64,000 nt of DNA from positions 25,291 through 89,290 of the forward strand of contig CASFUZ010000003.1 of the NCBI GenBank assembly GCA_949298065.1, read 5' to 3'. The DNA is from an uncultured Pseudomonadota bacterium (GTDB lineage Bacteria > Pseudomonadota > Alphaproteobacteria > RF32 > CAG-239). Both the position numbers and the translations under genes were made by a program. The notes beneath the pieces were generated by a model. The model was given only the letters and a program-made list of their open reading frames with translations. It made no database searches and had not been told where the DNA came from. Of the stretch, positions 40,704 through 48,936 are shown piece after piece. The first letter of the stretch is position 1, and every line of letters begins with the position of its first letter.

Positions 40704-41451
40704 CGTCAGGCTGTTCAATCTTGGGTAAATATTCTTCCAAAAAGCTATTGATTCCCTTATAAGCTTCATCAATATAAGTTTTGTCTTTAGCCGAATTTGC
40801 GTTGTAATAGATTCTGACCGTGGTCATACCAAGCTCTTTGGCAAACTCCAGATTAGAATAGCTGTCATCCACAAAAACGCAATTTTTGGGGTCAACATTA
40901 ATTTTTTGGCAAAGCTTTGCATAAACATCGGAACTTTCGTTTTTCTTCACGGTTCCAAAATCTTCTACGGAATAGAAACGCCCTTTGAAAAAGTCATATA
41001 AACCAATATGTTTCAAGATTTTTTCACACACGTCTCTTGTACTGGTAGAAAAGATATATTGACGGTTGGGAAGGCGTTCAAGCTTTTCTAACAAATGTTC
41101 ATAAGGAACGATAGGTGTGATTGGCTTGCGTTTATGATAAGCCTGAAACATAGCTTCGGGATCAATACCATATTGCTTAACAAAAATCTCTCCGCCGTCA
41201 CGATAAGTCATATAGGACTCTTTAACCTTCGCTTTAGCTTCCGCTAAATCAAGCGGAATACCTAAATCTTTAACGGCAGCAATGGCTGTCGCCTCATCAA
41301 GCATATCGGCAAATTCAGGCGTAATGCGATACAAGGTATTGTCCAAATCCCAAATGATAACTTTTCCGGCAAGAGTCACTTTCTTTATCTCCAAAATATT
41401 CTTTACCAAACCCAACAATACTAGCATATAAGCAGCTTTCGTCAACACCAA
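40681..41451 (-). CDS. HAD hydrolase, pyrimidine 5'-nucleotidase-like
   Basis: WDLDNTLY, FVDDSYSNL; start uncertain. Confidence 0.85.
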   Translation of the reverse strand: MVLTKAAYMLVLLGLVKNILEIKKVTLAGKVIIWDLDNTLYRITPEFADMLDEATAIAAVKDLGIPLDLAEAKAKVKESYMTYRDGGEIFVKQYGIDPEAMFQAYHKRKPITPIVPYEHLLEKLERLPNRQYIFSTSTRDVCEKILKHIGLYDFFKGRFYSVEDFGTVKKNESSDVYAKLCQKINVDPKNCVFVDDSYSNLEFAKELGMTTVRIYYNANSAKDKTYIDEAYKGINSFLEEYLPKIEQPDASVSASH

Positions 41452-41556
41452 AAATAAGCAGGCAGAATGTTTAAAGCCATATCTTGAATAAGTAGGTTTG
41501 AAGCATATATCAATAACCGTAGGACTAAAGAATAAATTAAAATAAAGGGGAAAATA

Positions 41557-41874
41557 ATGAAAAAAATTTTAGCAATGTTAGGTGTTTCTGCTTTGGCATT
41601 GACTGCATGCAATAGTCATCATGCGAATGCGCAATCTCAAATGTCTGGGACATCAGCTAATGCCGATTCGGCAGATGTTATGGTCGTTGAGGAAGCTTAT
41701 GAAGCCGTTGTAGCAGCACCGGCAGATACTCAACCATCTGCAACATCAAACAACAATACCAATAATATGCCGGCCACAGCGTCAGATAATAATCCGACAA
41801 TGGTAACAGAAAGCGTATCCGAAACTGTTACGCCAGATAGCGTTTCGTACGAAGTGGATGAAATGGCAGATTAA
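41557..41874 (+). CDS. Hypothetical lipoprotein, low complexity
   Basis: LTAC lipobox. Confidence 0.75.
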   Translation: MKKILAMLGVSALALTACNSHHANAQSQMSGTSANADSADVMVVEEAYEAVVAAPADTQPSATSNNNTNNMPATASDNNPTMVTESVSETVTPDSVSYEVDEMAD

Positions 41875-41877
41875 ACA

Positions 41878-41908
41878 CAAAAAAAGCCCCATTTTTATGG
41901 GGCTTTTT
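41878..41908. terminator. Bidirectional terminator
   Basis: aaaaagcccc/ggggcttttt. Confidence 0.8.
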
Positions 41909-41909
41909 G

Positions 41910-42467
41910 CTAGAAGTTTTCCATAGCATAAACGTCTTTAACAACCCAAGAGCCGCTCTTGTTGCTTAGGACATAAATAATGTTGCCTTCGCATAGGCCA
42001 AACCACATGCCATTGCAGGTGCTTTCAGTATAGACTTCAATCATATTAGCATCAATGGGTTTGATTTTGGTAATCTTGAAGCTCATCTCAGTTGGGCGTT
42101 GTAAACTTTCATCATCCATAAAAACAAATTTAGGCAACTTATTTTTTGCACATTCGCTGTCTTTGAAGTTAAGCGTGCATTTCATATAAAGATCAATAGC
42201 ACAAACAATATCACTGCCTTTATCACAACCTTTTTGCGTTTTGCCAAGCTTGTAGTCGTAAGTTACTTCTTCAAATTTTATATCAAAATTAGGTTGCACA
42301 ACAATTTGTTCACCCTCTTCCAAAGCTTTTTCCAAAGGAACATTCTCGGGGTTTTGTGCTTGTTCATCTTTTTTGTCGGAGCAAGCAGCAACAAATGTAA
42401 GCAAAGCAAGAATCATCCATAATTTTTTCATCATATCTCTCCTGAGCTTAGAATGTATAACGAACAC
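41910..42467 (-). CDS. Hypothetical Cys-rich lipoprotein (start likely MMKKLW)
   Basis: VAAC lipobox. Confidence 0.7.
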   Translation of the reverse strand: MFVIHSKLRRDMMKKLWMILALLTFVAACSDKKDEQAQNPENVPLEKALEEGEQIVVQPNFDIKFEEVTYDYKLGKTQKGCDKGSDIVCAIDLYMKCTLNFKDSECAKNKLPKFVFMDDESLQRPTEMSFKITKIKPIDANMIEVYTESTCNGMWFGLCEGNIIYVLSNKSGSWVVKDVYAMENF

Positions 42468-43005
42468 CGGCAGAATATTCCATCATATGGTCAATTTCTT
42501 CAATTTGGTTAAGGTTAACATATCTTGCAATCATACGCAGACTCCAATTTTGGTCAACATTAACCAACGCGCCGACACCGGCACGCCAACCAATACCATG
42601 GTCGCGCTGTTTTTTTGCAAAAGAAGCGTCTTTAACAAAAGTATATTCACCGACGCCGGCTGTTCCAAGCAAATTAAAAGTTTCGCCACAACCTAACGGC
42701 AAATATCCATACAAGTCCAAACCATAAGCCTGGAAGGAAGATTTGCTTTTATCCAATCCCGAACGTGTTTTATAGCTATCTGAGATTTGATAAAACATCT
42801 CCGTTCCGAAAAAGCGGTTATACATTGTACCAACATTAACGGAGGCAGAATTATAATGAGGGCGGAGATGTTTGGCGGTAGTATCACTATAAGAATAATC
42901 TAAACCGACATAAGGCAAATATTCGCCGTCTCTGGCGGCACGAGCTGAAGTTGCAGCAACAAGAGAAGCAACAAGAGCAAGAGAAAAAATCTTTTTCATG
43001 TACAA
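42448..43005 (-). CDS. Outer-membrane beta-barrel protein (8-stranded type)
   Basis: Signal peptide, alternating beta strands, terminal GVRYTF. Confidence 0.85.
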   Translation of the reverse strand: MYMKKIFSLALVASLVAATSARAARDGEYLPYVGLDYSYSDTTAKHLRPHYNSASVNVGTMYNRFFGTEMFYQISDSYKTRSGLDKSKSSFQAYGLDLYGYLPLGCGETFNLLGTAGVGEYTFVKDASFAKKQRDHGIGWRAGVGALVNVDQNWSLRMIARYVNLNQIEEIDHMMEYSAGVRYTF

Positions 43006-43148
43006 AAATCCTGATATAGTTTCTAAACTACCCTCTAATATAACGAAGATTTAAGAAAAATAAAGTAATTTAAAACAGTTGTTTATGATAAATTTGTTGA
43101 GAGAAAAACAGTTTGGTGCTATAACTAAAAAGATATAAGGAGGCAAGG

Positions 43149-43694
43149 ATGAGGTTTTGCGGAAACGAAAAGGGAGCAACGATGGTTGAAGTCATCATGA
43201 CACTAGGTGTTATTGGTGCTTTTGGCGTCAGCATTGCGACCTTGGTAACCTCAATGTACGACCGCTATCGTGTTAGCCGCGTCGGAGGCCAGATAGAAGA
43301 GCTCAAAAAGACCATAAACAACCGCTATGTTGCAGATGGGCAATATACAAATGCCTCTATAGCCACGCTCATAGATGAAGAATTGGCTCCCAAAGATATG
43401 GTGAATGGGAAAAAACTATACCATTCTTATAAAGGAGAAGTAACCCTTAAAGGTGGCGCCGACAGTTATGAGATAACTTTTGCCGATATTCCTCAAAAAA
43501 TTTGTATAGAGCTCGGAATTATGAATTGGACAGTAGACAATAGCTCGGATTTGGTTAGTCTGAATATAAACGGTAAAGACTTCAAATGGCCATGGGTGGC
43601 TGGAACATCCTATAATTTACCAGCCCAGATGCCGGAGGTTTCGGCATCCTGCAAAGAGGGTGATGAAAATATAATAAAATGGACCTTTCAGTAA
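43149..43694 (+). CDS. Type IV pilin-like protein
   Basis: Prepilin motif KG|ATMVEVIMTLGVIG with E+5; PQKICIELG and a second Cys as in PilS-type pilins. Confidence 0.75.
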   Translation: MRFCGNEKGATMVEVIMTLGVIGAFGVSIATLVTSMYDRYRVSRVGGQIEELKKTINNRYVADGQYTNASIATLIDEELAPKDMVNGKKLYHSYKGEVTLKGGADSYEITFADIPQKICIELGIMNWTVDNSSDLVSLNINGKDFKWPWVAGTSYNLPAQMPEVSASCKEGDENIIKWTFQ

Positions 43695-43706
43695 CGGAGA
43701 GCAAAA

Positions 43707-44129
43707 GTGATAAAAGTTAATGATGTCAATAAAACGAATGATTTGAATAATGCAGCCAAGACCAAAAAGGCAAGCGGAGGTGAAAGCTTTTCTCTGTATC
43801 TGAAAGAGACAATGAAGCCGGCATCCAATCCGGTGGGTGGTGCTACGGGGATAGCCGTTGCCGATGCTATTTTTGCTACGCAAATGGTAGATGGCGAAGA
43901 AGAAAAAGCAAAGCGCAAGCAAATGCTCAAACGCGGCAATACTTTGCTTGAAAAGCTTGAAGAAATAAGAGACGGATTACTGATGGGCTATATTTCTAAG
44001 GATAAATTGATAGAAATATCCCGTTATGTGAAAGAAACCAAAATAAACACCGCAGATGAAAAATTAGCAGAGTTAATCGGCGAAATTGAGCTGCGAGTGG
44101 AGGTTGAGTTAGCAAAACTGATGAAATAA
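43707..44129 (+). CDS. fliX: Flagellar assembly regulator FliX
   Basis: RGNTLLEKLEEIRDGLLMG, EIELRVEVELAK; lies upstream of dksA. Confidence 0.88.
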   Translation: MIKVNDVNKTNDLNNAAKTKKASGGESFSLYLKETMKPASNPVGGATGIAVADAIFATQMVDGEEEKAKRKQMLKRGNTLLEKLEEIRDGLLMGYISKDKLIEISRYVKETKINTADEKLAELIGEIELRVEVELAKLMK

Positions 44130-44233
44130 CTGTGGCTTATTCGTTTTTTTGCTTGCAGTTCATGATTGAAATCTGTATTTTGCTTGCTAGATAAAGAACC
44201 TCGCTAATAACAATAAATCCAAGGAGACCGAAA

Positions 44234-44659
44234 ATGGATAGCGAAATCATTCTTCCTCCCGACTACAAACCTTCAGCTGATGAAGAGTATATGAACGAAT
44301 ATCAGATTGAGTATTTTCGTCAGAAACTTTTGAGCTGGAAAAAATCTCTTTTGGAACAATCCAAAGACACATTGGAAGACTTACGTCAGGGAGGCTTAAA
44401 CCAGCCGGACCAGTTAGATAGAGCATCGCTGGAAACAGACAAGGCTCTGGACTTGCGCACCAAAGACCGTGCACGTAAGCTGATTTCTAAGATTAACGAT
44501 GCTTTGAAGCGTATTGAAGATGGCGTATACGGTTATTGTGAAGAAACCGGTGAGCCGATTGGCATTGAGCGCTTGGAAGCTCGTCCGGTGGCCACACTTT
44601 CAATTGAGGCTCAGGAACGCCACGAAAGAATGGAAAAAACCTACGACGACGAAGCCTAA
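44234..44659 (+). CDS. dksA: DksA
   Basis: YMNEYQIEYFRQKL, D..DRAS, YGYCEETGEPIG..RLEARP. Confidence 0.96.
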   Translation: MDSEIILPPDYKPSADEEYMNEYQIEYFRQKLLSWKKSLLEQSKDTLEDLRQGGLNQPDQLDRASLETDKALDLRTKDRARKLISKINDALKRIEDGVYGYCEETGEPIGIERLEARPVATLSIEAQERHERMEKTYDDEA

Positions 44660-44662
44660 GCG

Positions 44663-45241
44663 ATGATACAGCCGCAAGAAAAAGACTTCATTCTGGCTTC
44701 GGGCTCTCCGCAACGCCGCGAGCTTTTGGCGCAAATGGGCTTTTTGCCCAAGCAAATTCGCCCGGCAGATATTGACGAGAGCGAAAAAAAATATGAGACG
44801 GCCACAGCGTATGTAAAGCGGATGGCCTTAGAGAAAGCCCGCCGTATTGCCGGGCTTTTTCCGCAAGAAAATATTTTGGCTTGCGACACGGTTGTCGTTG
44901 TCGGAACCGCCATTTTGCACAAAGCCCACAGTGAAGAAGAACAAACCAAGGTTATGGAAAAACTCTCGGGCAAGGCACATCGGGTCATCAGCTCTGTTTG
45001 TGTCATAGCCAAAGACGGGCGGGTTGCTCAGCGCACCGTTTCAACGCGGATTTTGATGAAAAAGCTCACCCCCGCAGAGATTAAGGCTTATGTTGAAAGT
45101 CATAATTGGGAAGGTGCTTGCGGTTATAAGATTGAAGATATGGACTGCTATGTCAAAAAAATAATCGGTTCTTACTCAGGCGTCATTGGTTTGCCTTTAT
45201 ATGAAACCAGAAACTTGTTGAATGGGATAGGTATAAAATGA
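44663..45241 (+). CDS. maf: Maf nucleotide pyrophosphatase
   Basis: ILASGSPQRRELL, LACDTVV, VIGLPL. Confidence 0.95.
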   Translation: MIQPQEKDFILASGSPQRRELLAQMGFLPKQIRPADIDESEKKYETATAYVKRMALEKARRIAGLFPQENILACDTVVVVGTAILHKAHSEEEQTKVMEKLSGKAHRVISSVCVIAKDGRVAQRTVSTRILMKKLTPAEIKAYVESHNWEGACGYKIEDMDCYVKKIIGSYSGVIGLPLYETRNLLNGIGIK

Positions 45242-46407
45242 ATACAGATGTAATCGTTTATGAAAAAAAGAATAATCTGACCCGTATTGCCATGCTTGGC
45301 GCAGGCGAGTTGCAAGAGATTGAGTTTGTCAAAGAAAATCAGGCCGCGGAAGGCAACATCTATCTGGGCAAGATAACTCATAAGCTGGATTTGGCGCATG
45401 ATAAGGTTGGCTTTTTTGTAGATATTGCCGATGGTAAAGATGCCTTTCTGAATGCTGAGGAAGCAGGACTGAATGAAGCCAATATGACGGAAGGCCAAAG
45501 TCTGGTTGTTCAGGTTGCACAAGAGCAACGCGCCGAAAAGGGCGCAAAGGTTGTCCGCTCCATTCAGATTGTCGGTCCGCATTTGGTCTATTGCCCTTAT
45601 CGTTTGCATGTGGATGCCTCTCCGCGCATTGAGGATAAGGAAAAACTGGCGGAATATAAGGAAAAAGTTATTGAGAACACAACCGGACAGGAAGGTTGGA
45701 TTCTGCGCACATCTTCGGTAGAAGTTCCGTTTGATGTCTTGGCCGAAGAGATGAAGTCATTGCGAGAGATATATGAGGGTGTTCGCATCAAAGCCCGCAA
45801 TGCCAAGGCTCCTGCTTTACTCTATGCCAAAGCAGACCCTCTGGCGGAATATATTATGCGCTCACAGCCGGCTTTGACCAAGGTTGTCGTGAACAATCAT
45901 AATGTTGAAAACGAGCTGAAGGAAGCTTTTAAAGGCGAGTTCGCTGTAGAATATATGGCGGAGCCTTTTGCTGAATATGGTCTGGAAGAGGCAATTTCTG
46001 AGGCTTTGCAAAAGACGGTTCGCTTAAAGAGCGGCGGTCGCATTCATATTGAGGAGACCAGAGCTTGCGTTGCCATAGATGTAGATAGCGGCGATGACAA
46101 ATCTAACGGCTCCATCACAAGGTTAAATTCAGAGGCTGCGGTAGAAATTGCACACCAGATTCGCCTGCGCAATTTGTCCGGCAAGATTATTGTAGATTTT
46201 GCCGGCTCTTCGGAATACAAGTTTTTGAAGCCGGTTATTGAGGAGCTGGAAAATGCTTTGGCGGAAGATCCGCACCGTGCAAGGGTTTTGGGCTTGAGCC
46301 GTGGCGGCAATGTGGAGATTCAGCGCGTTCGCCGCCGTCCGACCCTTTCGGATGTCTTGACCACCGAATGTGAAACTTGTCAGGGCACGGGGAGGGTTGC
46401 CAAATGA
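45238..46407 (+). CDS. Ribonuclease E/G family (RNase G-like)
   Basis: GNIYLG, AIDVDSG, RLRNLSGKIIVDF, CETCQGTG. Confidence 0.88.
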   Translation: MNTDVIVYEKKNNLTRIAMLGAGELQEIEFVKENQAAEGNIYLGKITHKLDLAHDKVGFFVDIADGKDAFLNAEEAGLNEANMTEGQSLVVQVAQEQRAEKGAKVVRSIQIVGPHLVYCPYRLHVDASPRIEDKEKLAEYKEKVIENTTGQEGWILRTSSVEVPFDVLAEEMKSLREIYEGVRIKARNAKAPALLYAKADPLAEYIMRSQPALTKVVVNNHNVENELKEAFKGEFAVEYMAEPFAEYGLEEAISEALQKTVRLKSGGRIHIEETRACVAIDVDSGDDKSNGSITRLNSEAAVEIAHQIRLRNLSGKIIVDFAGSSEYKFLKPVIEELENALAEDPHRARVLGLSRGGNVEIQRVRRRPTLSDVLTTECETCQGTGRVAK

Positions 46408-46619
46408 GCGAAGTTGTCAAAACCTATCGCTGCCCCATATGCAAAAAAATAGCTCCAGCGGGAAAATATAAACCTTTTTGCTCCAAACGCTGTGCAGACA
46501 TAGACTTAGGTAATTGGTTTAACGAGAGTTACCGCATTCCGGCAGAAGAGCTGGACGAAGAGGACTATGAGGAGCTGGAAAAAGAGCTTGAAAAGCAAAA
46601 AGCAGATATGGAAGAATAA
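46404..46619 (+). CDS. yacG: DNA gyrase inhibitor YacG
   Basis: CPIC...PFCSKRCADIDLGNWF.E.YRIP. Confidence 0.92.
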   Translation: MSEVVKTYRCPICKKIAPAGKYKPFCSKRCADIDLGNWFNESYRIPAEELDEEDYEELEKELEKQKADMEE

Positions 46620-46651
46620 CAAAAACCCCTCGCATAACCGCGAGGGGTTTT
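46620..46651. terminator. Terminator after yacG
   Basis: aaaacccctcg/cgaggggtttt. Confidence 0.8.
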
Positions 46652-46723
46652 CTGTAAGGCAACTAATAAAAAAAAAGCGCAATAATTATTGCGCTTAGTT
46701 AAAATTTATTAATTTTGTTGATA

Positions 46724-47389
46724 CTATAGCAAATCGTAAATATTTTTTTTGCTCTTAAGTATATTTCGTATCTCATTAATATCGCCATCAGAACAAAATC
46801 CTTGATTTATTAGAGCATCTAAAACTCTATTATCAGTTTTTTTTGTGTCAGCATATTTAATGGCGCGGGCAAAATAAACATAATTAGACTTATTTTGTTC
46901 TCCGATTAAAATTTTATCAGATGGAATCATCATAATAATTTCGGGTTGGTCAGTAGCAATAGCAAGATCTGTTATTGTCATTCCCTTAGCTAAGACATCA
47001 AGATTAGCTCCTTTTTCTATCAAAAATTTGGCAATTTCAGGTTTTTTAATGAATATGGCCAACTGGAGCGGCGTATTTCCGCCATGGAGCGGACTATCAA
47101 TATCAATATTGTTTTTTAAGAAAAAATCTATGACGTCAATCGGGTTTGGCGCATTAATTAAAGCTGCTTCAAAATGGTTAGTTTTATAATAAAAATCACT
47201 TTTAGTAATATTCATTGGATTATAACCATTTTCTAGCATATCAGACATTGTTTGAATATCGCCGTTATCTGCGGCTTGATTAAATTTCCACCAAGACCAA
47301 TAAGAAATGTTAAAAACAAGATTAGCCAAAAGCCAAACAATAAAACAGCCGCCCAGAATAAGTCCGAAATATTTGAAAAACTTTTTCAT
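46724..47389 (-). CDS. Ankyrin-repeat membrane protein (copy 2)
   Basis: N-terminal TM; GNTPLQLA, LIEKGANLD. Confidence 0.85.
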   Translation of the reverse strand: MKKFFKYFGLILGGCFIVWLLANLVFNISYWSWWKFNQAADNGDIQTMSDMLENGYNPMNITKSDFYYKTNHFEAALINAPNPIDVIDFFLKNNIDIDSPLHGGNTPLQLAIFIKKPEIAKFLIEKGANLDVLAKGMTITDLAIATDQPEIIMMIPSDKILIGEQNKSNYVYFARAIKYADTKKTDNRVLDALINQGFCSDGDINEIRNILKSKKNIYDLL

Positions 47390-47455
47390 AAAAGATACTC
47401 CGTCATCTCAAAGATAGCTGTATTTTAGCCAAATCAAGATAATATTTGGTTAAAA
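47347..47455. repeat. 109-bp direct repeat, copy A
   Basis: Matches 48724-48832 with 2 mismatches. Confidence 0.95.
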
Positions 47456-47456
47456 C

Positions 47457-48239
47457 TCAGACTGATGTTTTAATAGATTTTGCCAGGGGCTCATAACCAT
47501 TTTCAACCAAATATTTTCTTGTCTGAAAAGTGGTTTTAGGACCGAGTTTTCCATCAATATCAAGAGGGGGAATAGCTCCTAAAATATTCAAACTTTTTTG
47601 TAAAGCCTTAACCCCATCATTGGATGAATTGTTGTCAATAAGAGTCAGTTGTTCAGACAAATTTTGCAGACTATTTTCTATTGTATTACCATCTTTTGCC
47701 AACAGGGGCTTTTTATGTTGAGAACTGAGCTTAGTATTTGTTGTAATCTGCCTTCCTGTAGCATCTCTTTTAACGGGAGCTGTTCCGTAAATATTGTCGT
47801 ACCAAGAAGAAATTTTATCATTTATCTGTTTTCCTAAGGAAACATCATCATTATCAAACATAGCAAATTTCTTAGCTTTAAGAATATCATCACTGTCAAG
47901 ATTCTGAATAGGATTTAATAAAATATCCAGTTCAGGACGATAGTTTTGAGTAAAACTATTCATATATTCTTTGCTCCGCTCAGAATGTTGTTCTTTAAAT
48001 AAATTTTCCTTATTATCAGGACTCTTATTAGGAAATGGAGAATTTTTAAGTCCATTAGGAAAAAAATTATTTTCATATTTTTTTCCTATTTCATAAACTT
48101 TTTCTTCATTTAAAGGGTCAGACATTATAACATTAGACCATTCATCGTCAATATTATTACTTTCTAGAGATTTTTTTAAAATATTCCCCAAACGTGTTTG
48201 ATAGAATTTTTGTTTTAAATATTCTTTTAAGTTACTCAT
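47457..48239 (-). CDS. AT-rich hypothetical protein with C-terminal peptidoglycan-binding-like motif
   Basis: VKALQKSLNILG..LDIDGKLGPKT; GGAG RBS before MSNLK. Confidence 0.7.
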   Translation of the reverse strand: MSNLKEYLKQKFYQTRLGNILKKSLESNNIDDEWSNVIMSDPLNEEKVYEIGKKYENNFFPNGLKNSPFPNKSPDNKENLFKEQHSERSKEYMNSFTQNYRPELDILLNPIQNLDSDDILKAKKFAMFDNDDVSLGKQINDKISSWYDNIYGTAPVKRDATGRQITTNTKLSSQHKKPLLAKDGNTIENSLQNLSEQLTLIDNNSSNDGVKALQKSLNILGAIPPLDIDGKLGPKTTFQTRKYLVENGYEPLAKSIKTSV

Positions 48240-48301
48240 TTTGATTTCTCCCAAAATAAAAAGGGGCTGAAGTCAGCCCCTTTCAAAAAATTATGATAAA
48301 A

Positions 48302-48766
48302 TTATTGATATTGCTCAATTGTTTTAATAATCTCTGAATTATCTGTGATACGAGCAATATCAAGTAGTGTTTTATTGTTTATTTTATAAGATGCATCTGT
48401 ACCATATTCTAAAAGAAGTTTTACAATATCTGCACGTCCTTCCATAATGGCATGATGTATGGGCATAAGCCCGTTTTTACTTTTAAAATTAACATCAGCA
48501 CCGTGATTGAGCATAAACTTAATTGTGTTATAATCACTTTTTGCATAGGATATTGCCGCCAGTAAAGGAGAAACACGCATAAAGCTTTGATTAATATCAA
48601 ATCCTTGATTTAAGATTTCTTGCATTTGCAAAATATCATTTTTTTCAGCTGCTTCCACAAAATTTCCCCAGTCGCTGTAAATATAATAAAAAATATTCCA
48701 TATCAAAACAACAGCCACAATTAAGCCGCCCAGAATAAGTCCGAAATATTTGAAAAACTTTTTCAT
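48302..48766 (-). CDS. Ankyrin-repeat membrane protein (copy 1)
   Basis: SPLLAA, LNHGADVN, GLMPIHHA, LLEYG. Confidence 0.88.
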   Translation of the reverse strand: MKKFFKYFGLILGGLIVAVVLIWNIFYYIYSDWGNFVEAAEKNDILQMQEILNQGFDINQSFMRVSPLLAAISYAKSDYNTIKFMLNHGADVNFKSKNGLMPIHHAIMEGRADIVKLLLEYGTDASYKINNKTLLDIARITDNSEIIKTIEQYQ

Positions 48767-48832
48767 AGAAGATACTCCGTCATCTCAAAGATAGCTGTAT
48801 TTTAGCTAAATCAAGATAATATTTGGTTAAAA
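48724..48832. repeat. 109-bp direct repeat, copy B
   Basis: Matches 47347-47455. Confidence 0.95.
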
Positions 48833-48857
48833 AAACCGCCTGATAAAGGCGGTTTTT
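48829..48857. terminator. Terminator after ftsI
   Basis: aaaaaccgcc/ggcggttttt. Confidence 0.8.
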
Positions 48858-48936
48858 AAATACACTAAGAGCAAGTGACAAAAGAACAATATCAAAAATT
48901 TTTCAAATTGTCAAGGATTATATTCCTAAAATATCC

